Below, piece after piece: positions 7,518-14,547 of a DNA stretch of 64,000 bases. The DNA is taken from the NCBI GenBank assembly GCA_016198755.1, contig JACQIB010000005.1, forward strand, positions 48,931 through 112,930. The letters run 5' to 3'. The notes beneath the pieces are model-generated. The model worked only from the letters and a program-made list of their open reading frames with translations. It had not been told where the DNA came from and ran no database searches. Each line of letters begins with the position of its first letter. The stretch's first letter is position 1. Made by a program: the position numbers and the translations under genes. This stretch comes from Candidatus Aenigmatarchaeota archaeon. Its GTDB lineage: Archaea > Aenigmatarchaeota > Aenigmatarchaeia > Aenigmatarchaeales > JACQIB01.

Positions 7518-9707
7518 TTAAACCTCTTTTATTGTCATTGTACCTGAACGCTCATTATTCTGCTCATTAACTTCTGTGACAGAGTTTGCGCTGTCTGCGA
7601 TAACTTTTATTTCCTTTACACCAGCAGTATCAGGAGTCCACTGGAAACGCACCCCAAGTTTCTCCCTGCCTGAACCAGACTGCTGCAGAATATCTATAGT
7701 CTGTGTGCTTATTGTTTTGCTGTTCACAACAAGAGCAACTAAAAAGTTTGATACTGGAATGGAACCTCTGTTCTCTATAACAGCATCTATCTGAATCTGA
7801 GATCTTACAACACCGTTTGCTGGTATTGCAAAATCTGAAACTAAAATATCTGTGCCCTCAACTGAAAATGTTGCAGAGCCTTTATTGTTCTCCTCATTTG
7901 TTTCTTCAACCTCCTCTTTTGTGTCTGCGAAAACAACAACCCTGTCTGCGCCAAGTCCTGGGCTAAGTGTAACAGTCTGCCTGATTGAACCTTTTGCTGG
8001 TATATTTGGAGCCGTTATCTTTTTCGAGTCTGCGCCAGAAGAAACAGTAACCTCAAAGGCTGAAGTTTCAACATCCCCAATATTTGCAATATCGTATGTA
8101 ATAGTAACAGAGGGGTTGGGATTTGTTGGTGTGGCTGTTAGTTTCTGTGGTTCGAGAGAAATGGATTTTACAACAATATCAGGCCTTAATTGACCTAAAT
8201 CAACCAGAACAAGAGAATAGTCTATATAGCCCCCGAACTGCTTCCAGCTGTCTAATCCCTGCCCACCGCACCAACTGCCGCTTACTATACACATATCATC
8301 CTTTATGCAATAACCTTCATTTTTTTCAGATAGAACCGGTGTTCTTTCCCACTTGTTCAAAACAACATTATATCTGTGGTCTGCCCTTAGTAAAGTATTA
8401 GGTTCTACAGAAGTCTTTATTTTAAATGTTCTTAAGTCTTTATTCAGGTTTTTACAATTTACTAGGTCTGAAGCTGTGTAATGAGCAAGTGCTGCATTAG
8501 TATAATATTCCTTATATTTTTTCTCTATTATAGAAGTCGCATAACACATATTCCCTTGGCATTGCTCTGTCGGAGCTATTATATAATCGCCAACACCGCT
8601 CGCTTTTCTATCTCCACCAAAATCTATGTCGGGGGCAATCCTTATTTTTCCTATACGACTTGTGAAATCTTGTGTGAAACTATTTATGTTATACTCTGTG
8701 GCTGGAACAAATGTTGTGTTGTAAATTGTCCTGAATTCTGGTTTTGCAAAACCTGCTGCTGTTGACCTTACAGGAGTGGTTTTAAATGTATCTGCAAGAC
8801 TGAGAGCCACACCCTGCGGAGCTGTTCTTCCCTTTTCATCTCCAAGAGATATTTTGGGTATCTCATAGTGATAAGCTTTGTCGGATTTGTCCCAGTAAAG
8901 TGCCCATGAATACTGGGGAGTGCAGTCTCCTCCTTTGCACTCCGGTGGGAAAGCTGTATTTGAAAGCTTTGTATCATCCACCTCAAGCTCATCTCTTTTA
9001 TTTCCAAATTTGCTTGCCTGCGCTTTCGCATTTTTAACAGAGTCTGCTGCACCACATACTCCACAATCAAAACTCCACTCTGAAGAGCTGGAACATACTT
9101 TATTTCCAAACGCAAAGGAAGCAGCTCCGGGCACTGAAAGGCTGCTGCATAATGGAACTTCAGAAGCATTTAGATGGGAGAGAGCTGCTGTTATGCAAGC
9201 CTCATCAAAATGGGAAGGACAGGGAGTAAAAGAACCTGTATCAGAGCAGTATTCTTTTAGTTTTTTCAGCTGCTCTGCTGTTAAATCCTCTGCTTTCCAG
9301 GGATTACCAGTTGCAGGATTTTTCTCTATTATAAAACGCTCTGTTGCTATAAGTGCGAGGTCTGTGCCCTGTATTTTTTTCTGCTCATCCACAACCCTTG
9401 GGTTTACACCATGTGCAAGCAAATCAGCCTGCATTGCCCTTGCTATTTTGCAGGCTATTCTGGTTGATGTTTCAGGCTGGGAATCCTGAGTAGGGTCTGA
9501 TTTAGCTAAGGAACCAAAAGGTTCGCTTACGAAAACAGTAGCATCTCCGCCCCCGTTAGTACCGGGTTTATGGCCGCTGACAATATCCTGAATCCACTTG
9601 TTTATGTTTTGCATATTTGGAATAACAACAACAAGAAGGGCAGCAGCAAGCAGAATGACTAGAATAGCTATAATGGCTGCTGTTAAGGTATTAATTGCCC
9701 CTCTCAT
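7518..9707 (-). CDS. surface protein, paralog 3 of a Cys-framework family, with two C-terminal CARDB-like domains
   Basis: 729 aa. The N-terminus MRGAINTLTAAIIAILVILLAAALLVVVI resembles a class III (prepilin-type) signal. Family motifs: IACKIARAMQADL; TPCPSHFDEACI; DHRYNVVLNKWE. The C-terminus has two repeats with CARDB hallmarks (IANIGDVETSAFEV...ETNEENN and IENRGSIPVSNFLV...EVNEQNN). Confidence 0.85.
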   Translation of the reverse strand: MRGAINTLTAAIIAILVILLAAALLVVVIPNMQNINKWIQDIVSGHKPGTNGGGDATVFVSEPFGSLAKSDPTQDSQPETSTRIACKIARAMQADLLAHGVNPRVVDEQKKIQGTDLALIATERFIIEKNPATGNPWKAEDLTAEQLKKLKEYCSDTGSFTPCPSHFDEACITAALSHLNASEVPLCSSLSVPGAASFAFGNKVCSSSSEWSFDCGVCGAADSVKNAKAQASKFGNKRDELEVDDTKLSNTAFPPECKGGDCTPQYSWALYWDKSDKAYHYEIPKISLGDEKGRTAPQGVALSLADTFKTTPVRSTAAGFAKPEFRTIYNTTFVPATEYNINSFTQDFTSRIGKIRIAPDIDFGGDRKASGVGDYIIAPTEQCQGNMCYATSIIEKKYKEYYTNAALAHYTASDLVNCKNLNKDLRTFKIKTSVEPNTLLRADHRYNVVLNKWERTPVLSEKNEGYCIKDDMCIVSGSWCGGQGLDSWKQFGGYIDYSLVLVDLGQLRPDIVVKSISLEPQKLTATPTNPNPSVTITYDIANIGDVETSAFEVTVSSGADSKKITAPNIPAKGSIRQTVTLSPGLGADRVVVFADTKEEVEETNEENNKGSATFSVEGTDILVSDFAIPANGVVRSQIQIDAVIENRGSIPVSNFLVALVVNSKTISTQTIDILQQSGSGREKLGVRFQWTPDTAGVKEIKVIADSANSVTEVNEQNNERSGTMTIKEV

Positions 9708-9744
9708 GGATTAGAATTAGTATAACCTGATTTATAACCCTTTT

Positions 9745-9957
9745 CTATACAGGTATGGAAGCACAGGCTCCTGATCCAAACTGAAATTGTGGGCCAAGAG
9801 GCAGCCAGAATATAACAGGGCAGATTATGCTGCTTAGTATAGTTCTGTTGAAAATTATTAATATCACAGCTATTACAATAACTGTTATTGCAACATATAT
9901 CAGTATATCCGGGGATTTCTGCACAGCCTCTGTTTTTGCCTCATCTTCTTGCACCAT
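9745..9957 (-). CDS. small membrane protein (prepilin-like?)
   Basis: The track ORF 9745..9987 overlaps the upstream gene. The internal ATG at 9957 gives MVQEDEAKTEAVQKSPDILIYVAITVIVIAVILIIF..., an acidic head followed by a hydrophobic helix. Confidence 0.45.
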   Translation of the reverse strand: MVQEDEAKTEAVQKSPDILIYVAITVIVIAVILIIFNRTILSSIICPVIFWLPLGPQFQFGSGACASIPV

Positions 9958-9965
9958 TGAAACAC

Positions 9966-10178
9966 CTAAATTATAAGCCAGGCGCACTGGCTCTTTGCAT
10001 CAGAAAAGGGTGGGGGCTTTAAAATACCTTTCTCATGGGCCTGTATACATAATCCTCTAAAGGGCGGGGTTCCGCCAGTGGAAGAGAGAAAAAAGCCTAT
10101 GAAAAGAATGGAAGCTACAAGAGCTACCAAAATTAAAATAACCAGATTCGCACCAGACATCATTGGCCATGTAACCAT
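9966..10178 (-). CDS. prepilin-like small protein
   Basis: 70 aa: MVTWPMMSGANLVILILVALVASILFIGFFL, then a short soluble tail with 2 Cys. Its ATG directly abuts the stop of the upstream micro-ORF. Confidence 0.5.
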   Translation of the reverse strand: MVTWPMMSGANLVILILVALVASILFIGFFLSSTGGTPPFRGLCIQAHEKGILKPPPFSDAKSQCAWLII

Positions 10179-10328
10179 TTATCTCAACCTGCTCCCCCAT
10201 TTTAAAAACTCCCAGATTTTATTCATAGGAATGACCTGTGTTAGTATAATAATAGAAATAATAACAGCAAATACAACCAAGAGTATTACGAAAGCAGGCC
10301 TTGTTGCAAATTCTGATCTTGTCTGCAT
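10179..10328 (-). CDS. 49-aa prepilin-like micro-protein (not in ORF track)
   Basis: My translation: MQTRSEFATRPAFVILLVVFAVIISIIILTQVIPMNKIWEFLKWGSRLR*. It has a charged head plus one helix and is tightly packed between its neighbours. Confidence 0.4.
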   Translation of the reverse strand: MQTRSEFATRPAFVILLVVFAVIISIIILTQVIPMNKIWEFLKWGSRLR

Positions 10329-10329
10329 T

Positions 10330-10500
10330 TTAAACACCCAGAACAGCCCTTATAGGGTATAGCAGCCCTGAGGGGTTTGTTATTGTTGTTTTTTGGGAAA
10401 GTACAAAAGCCAAAATAAGTGCAACAATTATACCTAAAGCTGCCATAAGGAATATAAAATTCCATGCACCCTCATGCAAAGTTTCTATATCAAAAGCCAT
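10330..10500 (-). CDS. 56-aa single-helix micro-protein (not in ORF track)
   Basis: My translation: MAFDIETLHEGAWNFIFLMAALGIIVALILAFVLSQKTTITNPSGLLYPIRAVLGV*. Its ATG overlaps the TAA of the platform gene by 1 nt (TAATG). Confidence 0.4.
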   Translation of the reverse strand: MAFDIETLHEGAWNFIFLMAALGIIVALILAFVLSQKTTITNPSGLLYPIRAVLGV

Positions 10501-12803
10501 TATTTTCCACCTATTGGTACAAGCAGCGGTGCTATAGTGCTCCCAAATACAAGGGAACTTATGCCCCAGCTTACTATGTATACTATTATCCCGAATATTA
10601 ATGTTGTGCCCATTGTCTCCCTTAACCCTATCTCATCCTCTCCGTTCTGTAACCTGTTAAGGAAATAAGCTAACAAAGCAACAGTTTCAATCATATACAG
10701 TCCAACAACCATCTGGAAAGCGCCTGCGGTTATTGGCACTGAACAGCCCCCAGACCCTTGGCACCATGGAAGAACTAATAATTGCTGGGGAGCTGAAACC
10801 GATGCTCCAGTGTTAAGTATGTCATTATACTGAACTCCAAACTGGGTTAAAATCTGTATTATAACCATTGCCATTGTAACAGTTATTCCTGACACTAGAG
10901 GAGCCAAAAACACTGAAAGAAACTTCATACTGGAAATTGTATCCCCTAAAATCTCCTCCAAATCCTCTTTTAGAGTGTGCAAACCTTTCAGGTAGCGGGA
11001 AATTGTAACCATTGCAACAGAAGCTGTTTGCATCCCTTTCTTTCCTGCTTCAGCTATAACTGAAAGCACAGATCTTATCAGTGCTGATGGATAGTACCAG
11101 ACTGAACCAACATCCTTGTCAAACATTGCCCTTTCAAAAGTATATCCAAACTTTGTCATGTTTGCTGTGGTTGTTGTGAAAAGGTCTGCAACCTTCATTC
11201 CTTTTAAACCCTCCACTGACCTGCTCATTGCAGATTCTATTGGAACTCCTGTGCTTAACTGGTTTCCCAACTGGAACAAAGCTACGGAGAACTCCTCTTC
11301 TATCCTCCTTATATCCTGCCTTACTTTTGTTTTTTGATAGCTGTCTAAAATTCCATAAACAGCAGCTGACAATCCAAAGCTCAGTGGCAAAGCAAGAGAC
11401 AGGCTTGTTTCAACTCCAGTTGTAAGCAAAGCATACAAACCTAAAAGAAAGAGGGGAAGGAAAACTGCAAGTGCTACCGGCCAGACAGGCGTTTCTTTTC
11501 CGGATAAAAAGAATTTTCCAAGCCGTGGAACCCCTTTAGCTAAAGAAATATCTGGCTGGGAAAAGGTTGAGGGCTGGGCTTCCAGTGTTTTGTTTATTAT
11601 AATCCAGAGGAAAGCTGGGAGAGCTATATCGTACATTATAAACAGGTACTCGGGTTTTATTGATTTTGCCAAAAAAATTACAACTATTGGGAACAGAACC
11701 AGCCCCATTACCGGAAGCAGGATTCCCATAGCATGTATAAGCATTATTGGCATGCGCAGGTTTCCTATGAACCTTTTTGCGCGCTCTCTTGTGCCATCCA
11801 GAATAACTGAGAGTGTTTCATCAAAAAGCTCATCTCTCCTTTCAGCCTGCACTGCACTTCCCCTCAAAAGGTTCAAAGCTTCTGAAAAGGGTGGGTTTCT
11901 TTCCTTCCATCTCTCCAAATACTGCCCAAGAGCAGCATCAGCATTTGAATAAGTGCCTAAATTTATTCCCCATAAAAGTTTTTTCAAATCCCAGCTTAAC
12001 GGACCGCGCAGATTTTCTGAGGCAAACTTCAATGCCCCCTCTAAATTTGGGCTTCCTCTCATGTAAATAATCATGTATAAAACACAGAGTATGCTGTCAG
12101 AACCCATTTTCATTGTTAAAACTCTTGAACGTGAAGCAGGGTAAGTTAAAACAAAATACCATGCAAAAATTGAGGATAGGAAAAAAATAAAAAACCCAAG
12201 GAAATCGGGCTTCCCGTTTACACCCAAAAGAGCTCTTCCCTCCCAGCTATAGCTTATAGCCCTCTCATATCTTTTGTCCTGCAAAGCCTGTTTTGCGCTC
12301 TGTAGTGTCTGTTTTGCAAAATCCAGCTTTTCCTTTGTTCCTGCTGTGCTTCTTGTACTCTTAACAAGTTCATCAAAATCACCAACCATGATTACAGCGT
12401 TCTCTTTTGTAGGAGCCGGCTGTATAATATAGCCTGAAGCAAGATAGGCGAAGGAAAAAATCATTAAAATTAAAAGTGCTATAATGGACAGAGCATAAAC
12501 TCCGCGCGCACTTGTAACCATGTACGCATCATCTATATCCTTCTGCAGGCTTTTTTCTGTTTTTTCACTGGGCTTTATTCCCAGTACTTCAGCTCTCAGC
12601 GCTATGCGCTCAAAATAGGTCTGAGGCTTCTGCCTTACTTCCTTTAAAAAATCTGTATAATCCCTCGGTCTTGCAATAACTCTCTCTTTTTTTGGAACAG
12701 AAAGCTGCTCTCTGTCCATAAGCTTTCTGAGCTTGTCCATTCTATCCTTTTCAGCCATCTCCTTTTCTATTTTCTTTTTATCCTTTCCGTCGAAAAACCC
12801 CAT
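10500..12803 (-). CDS. polytopic membrane platform protein (FlaJ/TadC/PilC-like, T2SS-F type) - assignment by topology and context
   Basis: 767 aa. A cytoplasmic charged N-terminus (KKKIEKEMAEKDRMDKLRK) is followed by many TM segments interrupted by two soluble blocks. It sits first in the operon of prepilin-like genes and near the secretion ATPase. I could not verify a diagnostic motif by eye. Confidence 0.6.
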   Translation of the reverse strand: MGFFDGKDKKKIEKEMAEKDRMDKLRKLMDREQLSVPKKERVIARPRDYTDFLKEVRQKPQTYFERIALRAEVLGIKPSEKTEKSLQKDIDDAYMVTSARGVYALSIIALLILMIFSFAYLASGYIIQPAPTKENAVIMVGDFDELVKSTRSTAGTKEKLDFAKQTLQSAKQALQDKRYERAISYSWEGRALLGVNGKPDFLGFFIFFLSSIFAWYFVLTYPASRSRVLTMKMGSDSILCVLYMIIYMRGSPNLEGALKFASENLRGPLSWDLKKLLWGINLGTYSNADAALGQYLERWKERNPPFSEALNLLRGSAVQAERRDELFDETLSVILDGTRERAKRFIGNLRMPIMLIHAMGILLPVMGLVLFPIVVIFLAKSIKPEYLFIMYDIALPAFLWIIINKTLEAQPSTFSQPDISLAKGVPRLGKFFLSGKETPVWPVALAVFLPLFLLGLYALLTTGVETSLSLALPLSFGLSAAVYGILDSYQKTKVRQDIRRIEEEFSVALFQLGNQLSTGVPIESAMSRSVEGLKGMKVADLFTTTTANMTKFGYTFERAMFDKDVGSVWYYPSALIRSVLSVIAEAGKKGMQTASVAMVTISRYLKGLHTLKEDLEEILGDTISSMKFLSVFLAPLVSGITVTMAMVIIQILTQFGVQYNDILNTGASVSAPQQLLVLPWCQGSGGCSVPITAGAFQMVVGLYMIETVALLAYFLNRLQNGEDEIGLRETMGTTLIFGIIVYIVSWGISSLVFGSTIAPLLVPIGGK

Positions 12804-12921
12804 TCTATCTCCCAGTTTAGAATAGACTTTCCCAATATAAAAAAGCCCTAATTCACTTTCTGCCGTTGAGGCAACATTATTTATTCATGCAAATCCATTA
12901 TTTCCCAGGGAGCATGTTAAA

Positions 12922-14547
12922 ATGGGGCGCAAATCCAGCTTAACAACAGGTCAAAAGGCAAGCATAAGGCATTATGCTGAACAGGGTGAAGGACCTTCTG
13001 GTATCTCCTATTATACAGGCATTTCTCCGAGTAAGGTAAGTTATTATCTGAAATCACTTGAAAGAGAACAGGCTGGGAAAGGCAATGGAAATAGACAATA
13101 TAGAAATAGGAATGGACCTGCTCCGGTGGCTGAGACAGCTACAGAAGCTGGGAAACACGGACGCGGTCCAGGAAGAACAAGTAACTCTACAGTGTTTATG
13201 ATAGAGCAGATGGCTGCGCATGGCTATAATACTGAACAGATTTTAAATACACTGGGAGTCTCTGCTCATGTAGCAGAAAAATATTCTGATTTTGATGTTA
13301 GAGCCTATTTGGAAGCGAAAACTCCAACAGAAGCTGATGTGGAAAAGAAGGTAGATAGAAGGATATTGAGACAGGAAACAATAGAAAAAATAAAAGCCTT
13401 GGCAAGGGAGGGACGCACTATAGCCGGTATAGTGGAGGAAACTGGAGTGAGCAATAGATCTATATCCAAATATGCTGGCGCTGAACTGAATGAACGGTTG
13501 GGGGGAGAGAAGAGACAGGGAACAAGGCTGACTGCTGAAGAGAGGGAAACAATAATAGCTGCTATAGGAACAGGAAAATATTCTGGCCCATCTGAAGTTG
13601 GAAGTGAGTTTGATATTTCCTATCACACAGCAAATGCGCTCTGGAAATCAACGGGTAGAAAAGTAAGAGCTATTGGGGAAAAACCCGAAACAACCAGGGA
13701 GCGAGGCATTAGGCTGACAAAAGAGGAGGCAGCAACTATGGACATGGCTATATTGTCTGGAATATACACACACCCAGCAGATGTTGCAAGGGAGTTCCAT
13801 GTTTCTTACCAGACAGCGCGCATCCACTGGGAAACAGCTAGAGTAGCTGTTACAAAGCCAACTGTCTTGATAGAGCCTCCTAAACCAACGCCACCCAAAG
13901 ATTTGAAAATAGGGATTAGTGCTGCTAATGCTGAGCGGTTGGATACATTATGGGGACAGGGAATCAGGACAGTAAACGGGCTGCATGAGCGCACAGGGTT
14001 TAGTAGGCATATGGTTGGCAGGTATATGGAGGGGAGGGGATTGATATCAGAGAGGAGCAGGAGAGAAGAACAGATAACAAAAGATAACAGGCCTGCTATG
14101 CCACCAGTGATTCTGGAAGATCTTTCAGCTGCGATTATACTACATGCTGGGGAGAAGAAAATGGAAAAGGAAGCTGCAGAACAGACTGCGCAGCATGTTC
14201 TTAACTTTTTTGGCTACTCTAACAGGATTATAGATAATATACTGGAGCCTGAAGACAGGGACATTTTTTATATGTTAGAGGATGCTGGGATAGCTACAAC
14301 AGAAAGAGAGGAAACAACTTTATATGATGGGAGGGAATGGAGAATACACTATTGGGTGTTTAATCATGATAGGATAAAACAGATTTTGGCTCCTCTAAAA
14401 ACTGCAAAGAGAGAGAAAAGTCCTGAAGATGTGTATGAGGAGCTGGATGATGGGTTATGGCATGGTCATGGAGCAGAACCTGTTGAAGGGGTTCATGTTA
14501 CTAACGGGTTGGTAGCAGCTCAGGCTGGAGCAAGAGGCTCTGGTTAA
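12922..14547 (+). CDS. multi-HTH protein (about six helix-turn-helix-like modules plus a C-terminal globular domain)
   Basis: 541 aa. Repeated modules include GISYYTGISPSKVSYYLK, ILNTLGVSAHVAEKY, IVEETGVSNRSISKYAG, RLTAEERETIIAAIGTGKYSGPSEVGSEFDISYHTANALW, RLTKEEAATMDMAILSGIYTHPADVAREFHVSYQTARIHW and LHERTGFSRHMVGRYM. It lies on the opposite strand between the platform gene and the ATPase. Confidence 0.8.
   Translation: MGRKSSLTTGQKASIRHYAEQGEGPSGISYYTGISPSKVSYYLKSLEREQAGKGNGNRQYRNRNGPAPVAETATEAGKHGRGPGRTSNSTVFMIEQMAAHGYNTEQILNTLGVSAHVAEKYSDFDVRAYLEAKTPTEADVEKKVDRRILRQETIEKIKALAREGRTIAGIVEETGVSNRSISKYAGAELNERLGGEKRQGTRLTAEERETIIAAIGTGKYSGPSEVGSEFDISYHTANALWKSTGRKVRAIGEKPETTRERGIRLTKEEAATMDMAILSGIYTHPADVAREFHVSYQTARIHWETARVAVTKPTVLIEPPKPTPPKDLKIGISAANAERLDTLWGQGIRTVNGLHERTGFSRHMVGRYMEGRGLISERSRREEQITKDNRPAMPPVILEDLSAAIILHAGEKKMEKEAAEQTAQHVLNFFGYSNRIIDNILEPEDRDIFYMLEDAGIATTEREETTLYDGREWRIHYWVFNHDRIKQILAPLKTAKREKSPEDVYEELDDGLWHGHGAEPVEGVHVTNGLVAAQAGARGSG

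Noticed and set aside
7576-9489. Plus-strand ORFs up to 189 aa (e.g. 8920..9489) and the minus out-of-frame ORF 8768..9169 inside the 729-aa gene
   Set aside because: They are nested in or antisense to the CARDB-containing gene, whose frame carries recognisable domains. No independent evidence supports them.
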